Below, one piece after another: positions 1-20,682 of a stretch of 64,000 bases of DNA. The notes beneath the pieces are model-generated. The model worked only from the letters and a program-made list of their open reading frames with translations, was not told the DNA's origin and searched no databases. The first letter of the stretch is position 1, and every line of letters begins with the position of its first letter. Made by a program: the position numbers and the translations under genes. The stretch is from assembly GCA_964016885.1 (NCBI GenBank), contig CAXHJY010000943.1:1-64000 (forward strand), read 5' to 3'. The DNA comes from Eledone cirrhosa. Taxonomy: Eukaryota.

Positions 1-6300
<6,300 letters not shown>

Positions 6301-6309
6301 ATTCTTCTT

Positions 6310-6610
6310 TTTGGTAAATATCATCTTGTTAAGAGAGTGGGACTAGCTTTGTGCAGTGCCTTTGCTCACTCTAAAAGCTTCACAGCACAGGCATTGTTTT
6401 ATATCTGGAGATCTCTCTGCACTTGTCGTCACATGGTACCATAGGCCTAACACTATGTGTCAATAATTGTCACAAGTGTAGTGTTTGTACCAGAGTTTTC
6501 AAGTCGCTGGCTGGACTAAAAAGTCACACTCGTTCAGCGCATCGGTAGGGGTTCTCCTACATGGATATAAAGTAGTGGCCGTACTCGAAAACGAATTGGC
6601 AGCCACCATG
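6310..6610 (+). mobile_element. RTE-clade LINE 3' end remnant (terminal C2H2-like finger + 3' UTR)
   Basis: 6477-6548 translates CSVCTRVFKSLAGLKSHTRSAHR*, typical of RTE ORF C-termini; short UTR then (TATG)n tail. Confidence 0.6.
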
Positions 6611-7261
6611 TATGTATGCGTGTGTGTCTGTGTGTGTGTAATTATGACTCAACTCTTACTGACTTCAACTTCTCCCGAGAGAATTGATTTAATCAAATCA
6701 GCCGTCACAAAACCCTGTTCTTGTACCGACCGTGTTGCTGTTCTTTTGTTATTTTTATCTAGTAATTCTAATTTTTAGACATAGTCTTAACTTATTTATT
6801 TACCAGTACTCTGTGGAAATATAAAAAATATAGAATAATCCAAATCAAAAGATTTATACTTAAGAAATATTATAGTTTATCTTTTTTACTGCACAACACC
6901 ATACGAGAAGCCAAATCTTACGAATATTCTAATCCGCTATTACGTTGTTTGTGTTCAGGTTTCGTTGATAATGTTAGTGTTGATGATGTTGACGATGCGG
7001 TTGGTGATGTTGATGATGATGACGATGTTGTTGTTGTTAGTGTTCATGATGTCCATCATGATGTTACTGGTGTCTAAACCAAAATCTAATAAAATAAATA
7101 TATAAATAAATATATCTTGTTCGTATTTAATAGCAATGAAATAACTTCAATATGGTGACAGAACTAACTGAAATGTCATTTCGACATTTCTGTTCATAAT
7201 TGGAATCTCTCAAAGATACATTCATTAGGTGCAATTCCAGTTTACATATATTTACAATAAT

Positions 7262-7590
7262 AATTACTGTTTTCTAATTTAGGCACAAAGCCAACAATTT
7301 CGGAGGAAAGGGAATTCCGATTATATTGACTAGTTCTGGCTGATACTTTATTTTATCAACCTTGGAAATATGAAAAGCAAAGTTGACCTCGACGAGATTT
7401 GAATTCAGAACATAAAGAACCATAGCTAAATGCCACATAGCATTTTGTCCGACGCTCTCACGATTCTGTTAATTCACCACCTTAAAATAATTGTTTCTAC
7501 TTTAGGCACAAGGCCAGCAATTACCCAGTGCATTACTGGTACTTTATTTTATCGACCCAGTAAGGATGAAAGGCAAAGTCAACCTCGGCA
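7262..7590 (-). mobile_element. Two adjacent tRNA-derived SINE copies (old copy + young truncated copy)
   Basis: Reverse complement of SINE tail (ttgtttctactttaggcacaaggccagcaa) and core (tactttattttatcgacc...gatgaaaggcaaagtcaacctcggc). Confidence 0.8.
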
Positions 7591-8771
7591 AAATAATGGT
7601 TTCAGATTTAGTCACAATTGGATTGGACGTGAATGTTGATTTTATCGAACACAGTACTTATTGCTACTTCATTTCAACGACCCCACAAAGATGACCAGCA
7701 ATGCTGAACTCGGTTGAATGGTATCTGTTTTGGTTCGAGGCGTTCTGAGTTCAAATCTGTCAGCAGGAAAGCTTCTGCCAGGAATAAACATGTAGATAAT
7801 ACTAGCAATGGAAAGACCGTCAAAAATAGAACCCGTTTGGTCCGATCTAACCATCGACTTCATTCCTTTTCCGTTTCCTAGATATAAAAAAAAACGACTG
7901 CTCTTCATTACTACAGAATTATTGGCCTTGCAGTTCAAGTGTCGAAGGAAATGCTATGAGGTATTTCCTTGCACTATATTTTTGACGTTTTGAGTTCGAA
8001 TCCTATTTGTTTTTACAAGGTTGGTTACATAACATCATATTAACTGTTTCCTATAGTTTCCTTGGCTCAATCTGATCATCATCATTTTCTTTTCCAGCAG
8101 ATGGCTACTTTATAAAGTTATTAGTGCAACTTGCATATTTCATGTTCATTTTATTGTATTGCATTATATTACAACGGCGTTGAACGATTCATATATATCT
8201 CCCCGATGGCTTAATTATGTCGTGCACTAACATGAAACAAGCACACACGTTCGATAACACATTCACACATACACAGACACACACAAGCTGACTTAAAGAG
8301 AAGAACTCAAATATGTCTAGAAGTACCACCGCTACCAACACTAAAACCTCTAATTCCAACCTCATAGTTTACACAAGAGGAAAAGTATATCGAATAATAT
8401 AATCCTAGATTGAAAAAAAAATGACGATCACAGTTTCAATGTCTTTGATCATAGTTCTGCTGCATGAAGTCATTTCTGTGGCTAAATAATACCCCCCCCC
8501 CCCTCTTCCCACATTCTCATTCTTTATTACTATATACGTAAGTTATATGTACACTTCTTATATACACTCCTCGATCCTTTCTTTGACCGTTCCAACTTAA
8601 ACGATATAAAGAAACAATAACAGTAAAAAGTGAATCAGATCTATATTATAATACTTGGACTGGTTTTGTGTCCGTCTGTTACATTAATTGTGTGAAGGTG
8701 TAGTTTCTAAGAAGTTGTTTCTATTAGTTAAAAGCACGCGAGCAAAAGATGTAACATGCTGTAGTGGAAAT

Positions 8772-8940
8772 TGTGTGTGTGTGGTATGGTGTGGTGTGGT
8801 GTGGTGGTGTGGTGTGTGGTGTGGTGGTGGGTGGTGGGTGGTGGGTGGTGGGTGGTGTGTGGTGGGCGGTGTGTGGTGTGGTGCGTGGTGGTGTGGTGGG
8901 TGGTGTGTGGTGGTGTGGTGGTGTGGTGGTGTGGTGTGGT
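8772..8940. repeat. (GGT/GT)n simple repeat
   Basis: gtgtggtggtgg low-complexity tract. Confidence 0.9.
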
Positions 8941-9039
8941 ATATATATATATATCACCAAGTATCTTTACAGTTTAGTGAAGAAATGTGATTTAACAGAA
9001 TATTGTATTCAGAAAACAATATGTCATATACTAGTAATA

Positions 9040-9135
9040 ATAATTGTTTCTACTATTGGCACAAGGCCAGCAAATACCCCAGTGTATTACTGGTACTTTA
9101 TTTTATCGACTCCGTAAGGATAAAAGGCAAAGTTA
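9040..9135 (-). mobile_element. 5'-truncated SINE
   Basis: Same tail and core as the full-length copies. Confidence 0.8.
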
Positions 9136-11827
9136 ACTAGTAATACTAATATCAACATCAATATCCTCTCTAGATCCATTACTATTGGAAGAGTTTAACT
9201 CAATTCCTTATGAAGGTGAATCCTTTCATTCATCAGAACTTTTTCTAATGGATATTTTATCTCAATGATTTGCCACTTCTATCGAAGGCTGATATTATCT
9301 ACCGGTCACAAATCCTGACCGACATATGTGGAATTTCAACTTTAAAGACACCAAATCCTTCCCTTTGACTTATTAACAATTCCGCTAATCAACTGGCCCT
9401 GTATAAATATTTTATTCAACGATCCCGAAAGGAGGAAATGAAAATTTGACCTCAGCGAAATTTAAAATCTTAACAAGGTAGACCGGGGCAAACAAATATT
9501 AAGATACTTATTCCAACAACAAACAGCACAAACCTGCCGCACTTAACTATCACTACACCACTACACCCTCCAATATGACCAACTTCCCACCCTCACCTTT
9601 CATTACCACCACCACCACTACCACCCCGACATGACTAACTTCCCAACCTCAAATCTCATTGCTCCTACACTCGCCTAACATGACCAACCCCCCATCCTCA
9701 ACTCTCATTGCCCCTACCCCCACCTAACCTGACCAACTTCCCACCCTCAACTCTTATTACCCACCACAAATCCCAATATGTCACCACATGTACAACCATG
9801 AAAGACCAGTAACGCCACCACACGGTCACATTCTCGGAAGCTTTTAAAATAATTGAGGACAATTTGAACACAATGTTTCTATTGTTATAACCACAGACAC
9901 TTAAAACATATATATATAGATAGATATACTTACGTACATAATACATACATACACATGCATACATACGTACATACATACATACATACATACATACGTACAT
10001 AGACATATATATATGCTTACATATATACCTACGTACATACATATATGCATGCATACAGTACATACCTGCGTACATATATATATATATATATATGCATACA
10101 TACCTATGTACATAAATATACACATGCATACATACATTACATTACATATGTACTGATAAATGCAAACACACATACACACACACACATATATATATATATA
10201 AAATGCAGCTACAAACACAGCTACAAAATCAGACACACACACACACACACACACATGTCACAAACAATGCACCAGCATGCATAATATATGTGTAATATGA
10301 TATAATAACAAGTTGCAGCAGGTCGTTAAGATGTAATACAATTTATAAGAAGCATTCCAAACTATTGTTGCATTAGCTTCTCAGGGTTTTATATCTTAAT
10401 TAGTGGTTAATTTGACATTCTTAAGACCCAAGATCAGCGCTAGCATTAAGGGAGCCGTCGTATGCGCGCACATGAGAGAGGCGCCTTACCGAACCTTAAA
10501 GGATCACAAGCTTATAGAAATGTGTATAATTATTTAAATATATATTTTAATTCGCTGTGATCAAATAAATAAGTAGCTACACGTCTTCGTTGGGAGCAGC
10601 ATTATGACAATACCCAAAGCGACGGAGAGAGTCCCATGTTATGTTCATCATTTGGTGTGGGTAAGTGTAGATTGTGTAGTAGAAAATGCAGGCTTATTAA
10701 TTTTTTAGTGTGGCCAGAGCGAGAAATATGAAAAAAATAGGTTCTTCATCTTGCCAAACTGGAAGAATACGGCACATAAGTGGAAAGGTGGATTGCTAAC
10801 CGGGAGAAAAGGATATACATTGAACAGCCTGGGGCACTGAATACACAGATGAAGGCACTAAAAGGAGGGTAACTGGAATACGGTTCAAGGGTTTGACATT
10901 TTCTGACGAAATAGGCAATGTGATTAACGTCATGTATACAAAGAAACACTACACCCCTGACTGAGGGGCACCGCATCTCCGACCCGACGACAAAGTGGCA
11001 AACATCGTTGCTACAGAGAATAGCCAAAGACAACCACTGTAATAGCTACCCCACCTCACAGGGCTCCCACTTCTAGCAGGCCGCTGTCTTTCCTACCTTA
11101 CGGAGGAAATCAGCCGTGTGGGGACCAAGCGCTTATGCATACAAAAAAAAAAAGAACATAAAAAAGAATTCATAAAAAGAAGACAAAATCAGAAGAGAGA
11201 CATTAATATACGCCTACACACATCATACATGTATGTATATATTTATGTACTAATCTGTATCTTCTGATAGAAGTGTTGGGATGTTGTAGTGAAATATGGC
11301 AGGTTCTCGGCATATTAAAACTGACGAAGTCTATCCCCTCTCAGTCAATGTCTTCAATGAAAGAAGAGCGTGGGGTTAATATGGAGGAAGTTTAAAAACA
11401 AAACAACAGAAAATGACATGGGTAAAGAAGCAATCCAGCACGGCACTGGTATTTTATTTATCGACTTCGAAAGGATGAAAGACGAAGATGTCTTCGGCAG
11501 GTTTGGAGCTCGGGACCCAAAGAGCGTGAACAAATAACGCAAAGTACTCTGGCCGACGTTCTATTGATTCTACCAATTTGCCGCATACACACAGATACAT
11601 AATTTCAAATATCATAGCACAATCGCCCACAAACACCCATAACACACAAAGGTATAAATAGTAATACTAACACATGTTTATTGAACAAAGTTTGAAAACT
11701 GCCGCCTACCAAACACAGTAAACACACACACACGAAGGCAACTTTAACGTGCGTGCGTGCGTGTGTGTGGTGAGAGAGAGAGAGAGAAGGCTAGAGAGAG
11801 AGAGAAAGTTGCATAGGAAGATAGATA

Positions 11828-11945
11828 ACTTTCTTTTTAATTGCCACTAGGGCGTCAAAGAGTGGGACAAGTACAATGGGGGGAGTTTACATAAAAAGGC
11901 GTCCTCAATAAGGAGGAGGCAATAACAAAATAACAAAATATAAGA
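11828..11945 (-). mobile_element. Tx1/L1-like LINE extreme 3' end (diverged copy)
   Basis: Minus strand ...tgtcccactctttgacgccctagtggcaATTAAAaagaaag then tatctatct; homologous to the 3' end at 12222-12300. Confidence 0.6.
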
Positions 11946-12221
11946 TATAAAATATAACAAAAATAGATAGGAAGATAGATAGAAGGGTAAATATCGATAG
12001 ATAAATAGATATAGATATATTTAGATGGATACATCAATAAATATAGACAAGCAGATAAATAGGATAACTTCCATGAGTTTGGCTGGTCTCGCCTTGGGGA
12101 TCCAGCCGGATCAGTTGGAAATGGTTGCTTTTGACAGGACCTGCGCTAGAAGGAGTGTTTGAGAACTCTGCCCTCACTACCCTCTCAGGAATAAGTGGGA
12201 GAAGATAGATAGATAGATAGA

Positions 12222-13185
12222 TATCTTTCTTTATTTGCCACAGGAGCGTACAAAAGGGGGACATTACAAAACGTAACGGCGGGGGTTTTACATAAAAATA
12301 ACTTTAACATTAATAAATAACAATAAACTATATATAATAAAATAACAATTGAAATCCCCAGTAGTGGGGAACGTTACTGCAGGGTTGTTTTACACCCCGT
12401 GGATAGAACAACCCTCAACACCAGGAACATGTTTTGTAGGTGTTCCTGTCTTCCCTCTGTCTTCCTCAACCTACAGGTTTATATACAGAGAAGGACCAGT
12501 CACTCGGGCCATTTTTGCCACATTCACCCACCTTTCAGCGAATTTACTGGGGTGTAGCACCTCTCTCTCCACTCTCACCTTCCTTCTGAAGTGATACTTA
12601 AAGAAGGGGATAAGTTGTTGACCGGAGAGAAAGGTGTTTGCCCTCAGTCCTTTTAACCTTGTCCACCATATTACCTCTTTCGCCGTAGCCACCAGACAGG
12701 GGAAAACCGCCTCTCCGTTCTTAAATGAAGGCGGCGGGGTGATCCTCACGATGGACTCGGCTGACAACTGGATGCGTCCCACACGTGACAGCAGCTGTTC
12801 GACACAATTCCACAGGTCGGTCACCCCTGGGCACTGAACAATTGCGTGCAGAACGGTTTCGATGTCCTGCTCGCATCTTGGACGGGTCCTTTTTGCAGGA
12901 TCTCTGCCAGGGCGTCCATGCCTGTAGATTTTGTCTCGAACTGGTAGAGCTCCTCGGTAGCACTGCCAGGCCAGAGACCTCTGGAAGTTATTCATAGGCC
13001 CTGGACGGAAAGTCCTCCCGAACAGACTAGAGTTTCCCCGAGAACGTCGTCGCACTTATCCTCCACTAATCCCCTATAGAATGTCGAAGTGGAGTCTCCG
13101 CTGATTGCTGTTTCCGCTTGGTAAAGGGCTGTGAGCGCCTGTAGGCACTCGAGGTGCCAAGAGATGACAGACTGCCCATGCGTAT
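12222..13185 (-). mobile_element. Tx1/L1-like non-LTR retrotransposon, 5'-truncated (zf-RVT-type C-terminus + 3' UTR)
   Basis: ORF 12471-13055: LAWQCYRGALPVRDK...PRCEQDIETVLHAIVQC...IWWTR; ends AATAAA then (ATCT)n. Confidence 0.8.
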
Positions 13186-14269
13186 ATCATCAATTTAGAC
13201 GTTGTAAAAGTTTTGAGCAACGCATGCTGACCATTCAATCACTATTTCGTTGATATCGTCTGCATTTATTTTTAAAAACCGTCTAGAAAAACAACACCAA
13301 ACAAAACAAACCCCTAAATACTTTGTACTCCACCTTCCCTCTTGTCCCTTTCTTTTTATCACCCCCCCCCCTCCCATTATTCTCTCTATTTAGTTCCAAA
13401 CCTTTATAGCATCTCTATCTCTCTCTTTTACATCGTTTACATCATGTTACTACAACTACGACCATCACTACTACTACTACTACTACTAACATCACTACTA
13501 CTACTAACAAAAGCATCATCATCACCATCATCAACACCGCTACTACCTTCAGAGATTCAATTTCTCCTCTCACCACCACTTTTCTCTAGTTTCCTCCTCC
13601 TCTCCCCCACCCCTCCTCCTCTCTCTCCTCCACCCCTCCACCTCTCTCCTCCACCCCTCTTCCTCTCTCGTCCCTTCCTCCTCTCTCTCATCCCCACCTC
13701 CTCCTCTCGTGATTCTTACTTTCTCAGTCTCCTCCGCCAGGCCACACTTTCACCTCTCCTCATAAATTCAACTCCCCCTCTGCCAATATAGAAAAAGAAA
13801 GTAAAGGTATGTAGGAGAAGCTCTCCTCCTCCTCCTACTACCATATATTGTCCTTTATCTCTATCAACTCCTTCCTCGTACTCTACTCTATATTACATTT
13901 CTGCTTTCTCCTCCCCTTCCTCATACTAACACTCCTTTCTAGCTACTTCATCCCACGCCTTTCTCGTTGATTATTCCATTTCTTATCACCCCTAAACCCC
14001 TGCCTCTTCTTATTTCTCTCTCCTTTTTTTCCAGCACCTCATAATTCTTGCACTCTCCTCACACTTCGTTTTACCTTTTCTCCTCCACCCATCTCTAGAT
14101 TTCATGTATTTCCAATGTCCTCCTACCCGTGTATATTATTATGTCACGTTGTTCCCCCTTCAGCTCTCCCAATTTGATTTTCTCCTCTTCCCTACACTCA
14201 CTCATTGCCACAACTATTTCTGCCACAGCCTCAGCAGACGACTAAGTCAAGTTCACTGTAACCTAGCTT

Positions 14270-15175
<906 letters not shown>

Positions 15176-15384
15176 TGTCTACGTCTTCCCTCCCCTCCCC
15201 CAACCTTCTCTATCTACCTGTTGCTGTTTCACATGCAAACTTTATCTTTTCATCTTTCTTATTCTCCCCCCCCCCACACACTTAGTACTTTGTGTTTCTT
15301 ACCAGAAGTGCAGACAGTCATCGTGTTTAGGGGGAGGGCTAACGTGATGACACTCCTCATCCGGCTCTTTCATACATCGCGCCC

Positions 15385-15459
15385 TCATCATCATCTTCAC
15401 AGTCATCATCATCATCATCATCATCACCATGACGATCAACATCATCTTCACAATCATCG

Positions 15460-15495
<36 letters not shown>

Positions 15496-15755
15496 CGATC
15501 GGCATCAACTTCAGTCATCATCATCATCATCACCACCTTGACGATCAGCATCATCTTCACAATCACCACCACCATCATCATCATCATGACGATCAGCATC
15601 ATCTTCACAATCATCATCATCATCATCACGATCGGCATCATCTTCACAATCATCATCACGATCGGCATCATCTTCACAATCATCATCATCATCACGATCA
15701 GCATCATCTTCACAATCATCATCATCATCATCATCATCACGATCGGCATCATCAC

Positions 15756-15787
<32 letters not shown>

Positions 15788-16280
15788 CGATCGGCATCAT
15801 CTTCACAATCATCATCATCATCATCACGATCGGCATCATCTTCACACTCATCATCATCATCATCATCACGATCAGCATCATCTTCACAATCATCATCATC
15901 ATCATCATCATCATCACGATCGGCATCATCTTCACAGTCATCATCATCATCATCATCTTCACAGTCATCATCATCACAATCATCATCATCATCGTGATCT
16001 CCTTCGGCCTCATCACCAATATCAAAACCACCATCATCATCACCATCCCCACCATCCCCATCACCGGCCTTATCACCTCTATATCATCACCACTGCTAAC
16101 ACCCCCACTATCATAATCACCATCACCGCCACCATCATCATCATAACCATCACCATCACCATCACCATCAGCCTTATTATCATCACCATTATCAAAATCA
16201 ACTCCAACTTCATCACCACCACCACCATCGTCATCACCACCACCACCATCGTCACCACCACCACCACCACCACCACCATA
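15385..16280. repeat. (CAT)n-based minisatellite with recurring cacgatcRgcatcatcttcacaat unit
   Basis: Unit recurs more than 10 times, separated by variable (CAT)n. Confidence 0.9.
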
Positions 16281-17059
16281 TTAAATCTACATTATGTTTC
16301 TTTTTACACCTTGTGCTACTCTCTTTCAATATCAATGTTTTCCTCTCACTAACTCATTCTCAACATCTTTTCTTCTCTCTCACTCCTTCTCTCCTTTTCA
16401 TTCTCCCTCTATCATTCTATATTCTTTCATTCATTCATACACTCTCTATCTCCCAGTCATTTCACCTCCTACTCTTCAAGCACCCACACCCACACACATT
16501 AATATAGACACACACATGCGCACATCCTTCTACATTTATATTTACAAATATATACGCGCACACACACACACACATATTCACAACATATACACACAAACAG
16601 ACCACAGGCATTCACAGTTAAATACATACAAAAATGCATGTATCCTCCCCGTACACATATACAGAGACACTCCTAATATTCAGTTATAAACATGCATACA
16701 TGCATGTATTGTCAGCGTTTTCACATACTCACAAACGCGCACACACACACACACATACATTTAATTCATGCAAACACATCCATACAGGCGTCCATAGGTA
16801 TTTACACAAATATAAAAAAAAACACCAACAACAGTATAGTATAAGTAGAATCAGACATAGCCGTGTGTTGAAGTTCGATTCATCACAACGTATTTCCGAG
16901 TTCGATTTCACTGAACAGCACTTTGACAATTGTTTTCTGCAATTGCCTATGATTGAGCAATGAGTTATATGTGGAATTTGATGTAAAGAAGACTGTCATA
17001 TATAAATATAAAAGTAAAGAAACCTTTGGACGAGTGTGCAAGGGTTTGCACCAAAGAAA

Positions 17060-17322
17060 GTTGACCTCCGTGTCACAAGTCCTAGCAAGGTTGTTTGTGG
17101 AAAACCAGCAGTCACCCATGCATTCCAATCTCCCCTCTTCACGTCACCGATATTGTCTAAGAGAAAGGCTAAGGTCGATGCAGTTTGGCACCAGTGACGT
17201 CGCAACCCGTTTCTACACTTGAATAAACCGGAGCAAACTGAACTAAAGTATCTTGCTCAAAAATCGAACGTATAACTTCACGATTGTAAGCCCGACACTT
17301 TAACCACTAAGCAATGCGCCTT
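17060..17322 (-). mobile_element. Second tRNA-derived SINE family, diverged
   Basis: Minus strand starts ggcgcattgcttagtggttaaagtgtcgggcttacaatcg (A-box-like) then ttgagcaagatacttt; relatives near 26270, 35750, 39720, 41560-41795, 46670-46910. Confidence 0.6.
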
Positions 17323-17360
17323 TATATATATATATAGGGATTTTCTACTAGCATTTTAAG

Positions 17361-17447
17361 GGGTCCGACGAGCTGCGGATTATAGAGTCGGGTAAGATCG
17401 ATACAGATCGAACATTGAGCTGATCAGTGGCGAAACGCGCGTCACCT
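17361..17447 (+). ncRNA. Type-I hammerhead ribozyme motif (variant core, long stem II insert)
   Basis: gggt-CCGACGA-gctgc...gtggc-GAAAC-GCGC-GTC-acct then AATAAA; island flanked by TA runs. Confidence 0.6.
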
Positions 17448-17495
17448 ACCAATAAATGTAATGAAGGAGTAACCAATCGTCCTTATATATCTCTT

Positions 17496-17535
<40 letters not shown>

Positions 17536-18489
17536 AAGTAAACCGAAATAACAAAGCAAACGACACAGTACAATGAAGTAGAGAGAGATATAGAGAAAGA
17601 GATATAGAGAAAGAGATATAGAGAAAGAGAAAGAGAGAAAGTGTGTGTGTGTGTGTTGAAGGTGTTGTGGCTGTAGTCTTGTCTTACGTGAAACCTAATG
17701 TGCCGTGTTGCACTCCATTAAGTTAAAACATAACGATGCAATTCAATAAACTAACCAATCAGTTACAGCAGAGACTAGGCTTTAGTAGAACGTGTTTTTT
17801 TGGCGCAATATCCTTTCTCCTTTTCATATAAGATACCCACCATTAATCCCCTTCGTACCAAACCGCTTGCAACTGTCCACGGTTCTCTAGTAGAAAGTTA
17901 TTTATTTTAAAGTGTTCAGATTCATCTATAAACTTCATAATTTATGCTCTAAACACCAGATATATAATGAAAACATTATATGACCAACTCCCATAAATTA
18001 TTATTTTCAAATTGAATTAAAAACTATACGCCTGTTTTTTTTTTTCCATTTGTTATAAGCTAACGAAGGAGGCGAATTGGTAGAGTCTTTAGAATGTTGG
18101 ATTGAATGCTTTGGGGTATTCGTTCCGACACTTTAAGGGGTGAATTGAATTAAATTTATTGCATTTTTTTACACGAAAGAATATTTCAGAAGAATTATTC
18201 CATAAAACCGATTATTACTTCATTAAGAATAATTGTCATATATATATTATTCCACTCAGAGCAACATCGAGTATTTTATACACTTAACAGTTGAAATATA
18301 CTATGAATTCACACCTTCACCACAATGAATACCGGCGTTCGACCGAAGCTGCAAGAAATATTCATGTAAACACACATTTTTATATATCTAATCCTGTTAG
18401 TATGCTTTCACTGTGGATTGAAAAAGATAAATAGCTTGAAACGACTTTCAAACTCCGTTGAAATATTAGAAATTAGATTAAAAATTACA

Positions 18490-18628
18490 CCTTTTGAAGT
18501 CGAAGAATAGCTCGGATGAAACACATCTCAACTATGGTTTGCTAATTTCTTGTGCAACTAAGTATACTGAACTCGTCCTTTGGACTGAGTGCTCTACCAA
18601 CTTGGGCTGTAATCTCTTGTTTTTTTAC

Positions 18629-18631
<3 letters not shown>
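18490..18631 (+). mobile_element. Diverged PLE mini-element, family C
   Basis: aactcgtcctttggactgagtgctctacc matches reverse complement of 50290-50325; ends at (TA)n. Confidence 0.6.
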
Positions 18632-18665
<34 letters not shown>

Positions 18666-18740
18666 GATTCAGTAGATTTGTGTTTTACTGAAGAAGATAC
18701 CAATTGTAGGACTCAATGCTATAGTAGAGTATGTATCAAG

Positions 18741-18830
18741 AACAAAACGAGGTTTCACAGATGGGTGGCACAGGATTCATATTAGTATCATATACGTGAT
18801 TCTAATCACTATCTACTCACCAGACTTGTT
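18741..18830 (-). ncRNA. Degenerate hammerhead motif in TA-flanked island
   Basis: Minus strand CTGGTGA-gtagat...atctgt-GAAAC-CTC-GTT; stem I imperfect. Confidence 0.4.
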
Positions 18831-18916
18831 AATCAGGCAAAACCAAAATCACATCTGCGGGCACCCTAATTCACATGTTATATATATATACATTGATATA
18901 CCAACTTATACATACG

Positions 18917-18973
<57 letters not shown>

Positions 18974-18977
<4 letters not shown>

Positions 18978-19150
18978 AAATTCAGGACCCCGACAGCTAA
19001 ATCCGAACTCAGTTCGGATGTCTCTGTCGAAACGGCCGGAGCTCTGCCGTCGTGGACCTGAATCTTTTCATATTACCCACTCTACTACCCCAAGTATCGA
19101 GTACTCTGGTGGGTTATGGTCCACCTGTTATTTACCATACCCTATCTGAA
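18974..19150 (+). mobile_element. PLE fold-back mini-element, family A
   Basis: Inverted arms around hairpin gacag..atccgaac/gttcggat..ctgtc-GAAACGGCC; tail homologous to copies at 40303, 45636, 60766, 63058. Confidence 0.75.
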
Positions 19151-19272
19151 ATATATATATATATATATATATATATTCAAGGTATATAACACAGGTATAT
19201 ACGACTTTTTATTATCTGTAATAATTTTAGAGATTTTGGTAATGTGCTGAATAAATATTTTCATATATATAA

Positions 19273-19312
<40 letters not shown>

Positions 19313-19451
19313 TATATATATATATACACACATATATATATACACATATATATATATATATATACACATATATATATATATACACATATATATATATATA
19401 TACACATATATATATATATATGCTTTTTTCCACTCACACTATGCTAAACCC

Positions 19452-20360
19452 ATGGCCTCCAAATACCTGATACTCAAAAACTCAGCAATGTCCAGTAGTG
19501 CTAAGTTTAATATTCTGATCGCAGATTTGGTACGAGTGATGAAGAATGTGTCCAGCATGTGCGACCCAACAGAAATGGAAGGACACATCCAACACTTCAT
19601 CAACCGCATGCAGTTCTCTGGCTACAACCAAAGAGACAGAATCAGAGTATACGAAGGAGCCATGGAAAAGTATAAGACCCTCATAGAACTGGACATGAAA
19701 GGAATTTGCCCACTATACAGGAGCAAATCATGGAATAGCTTAGATAGGGCTAGACATAAGATAGGGAAGGCCACATCATGGTACGACAACCAGAGATATC
19801 AGAGTGTCATGTTTGTGGACGCCACCCCTGGAGGGAAATTAGCTAACCAGTGTAGAAAGGCCCTGAGAAAGACCCACTTAAAAATAAAGGTGGTAGAAAA
19901 GCCAGGAACCACCATAAAATCCCTGATCAGCAAAACCTACCCTTTTAAGAAAACCCACTGTACCAATAGGAAATGTATCATATGTAAGGTGAACCCCCGG
20001 ATAAACTGTAAAACTAGAAACGTAGTCTATAGCATAAGATGTACAGAGGGTACTTGCAGAAACACGACAACAACATACATAGGTGAGACAGCTCGTAGCA
20101 TAGGTGAAAGGATAGACCAACACTGGGGGGAACTAAAAGGACGAAAAAACGGGTCAGTACTATACGAACATGCTAGACAACAACATGACGGTAACATAGA
20201 CAACATAGAAATTAGAATAATATCTAAACATAGGAATGACCCAGCAGATAGGCAAATCAGAGAGGCCAGTGAAATAGAAATTAGAAGACCAAAGCTAAAC
20301 AGAAAGAATGAGTGGAACAACAACACCCAAACAAACAACACTGACCTAAGAGAAGTATAA
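19452..20360 (+). CDS. PLE polyprotein fragment: RT thumb, Cys-rich linker, GIY-YIG endonuclease
   Basis: [14 protein letters not shown] (thumb; frame open upstream of the ATG), CTNRKCIIC linker, NVVYSIRC...[16 protein letters not shown]...REASEI...PKLN. Confidence 0.88.
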   Translation: MASKYLILKNSAMSSSAKFNILIADLVRVMKNVSSMCDPTEMEGHIQHFINRMQFSGYNQRDRIRVYEGAMEKYKTLIELDMKGICPLYRSKSWNSLDRARHKIGKATSWYDNQRYQSVMFVDATPGGKLANQCRKALRKTHLKIKVVEKPGTTIKSLISKTYPFKKTHCTNRKCIICKVNPRINCKTRNVVYSIRCTEGTCRNTTTTYIGETARSIGERIDQHWGELKGRKNGSVLYEHARQQHDGNIDNIEIRIISKHRNDPADRQIREASEIEIRRPKLNRKNEWNNNTQTNNTDLREV

Positions 20361-20640
20361 ATAAATAAGTAAATTAAATAAAATAAAATAAGATAAATAA
20401 ATACATACACAAGCACATAAACACACACTAGTCACCCAGCAGACACAACACTATACACACTAGTCACACATCACACATAACACTATACACACACGCAAAC
20501 GCATGCGCAAAGAAGACAAAATAAAATAAGATAAACAAACAAGCAAATAAATAAATAAATATATAGACAGACTGAACACAAAAAAAAAAAAAAAAAAATG
20601 GCGTAGACATACAACACAACAGGAGGAACAATGAATATAA

Positions 20641-20682
20641 CACCACTGACGATGTTGCAGATGTGCAACGAAAGATTTATGT
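20641..20682 (+). ncRNA. Minimal hammerhead ribozyme in PLE 3' UTR/pLTR
   Basis: cca-CTGACGA-t-gttgca(gatg)tgcaac-GAAA-GATTTA-tg; AGATTT is one change from palindrome AGATCT. Confidence 0.7.

Noticed and set aside
7669-7938. 89-aa ORF as host exon
   Set aside because: Runs into SINE sequence; no recognisable motif
10745-10830. RT-like peptide HLAKLEEYGT*VERWIANREKRI
   Set aside because: Faint CR1/L2 resemblance but too short and degenerate to call
11320-11370. CTGACGA...GAAA hammerhead candidate
   Set aside because: No stems I-III could be paired
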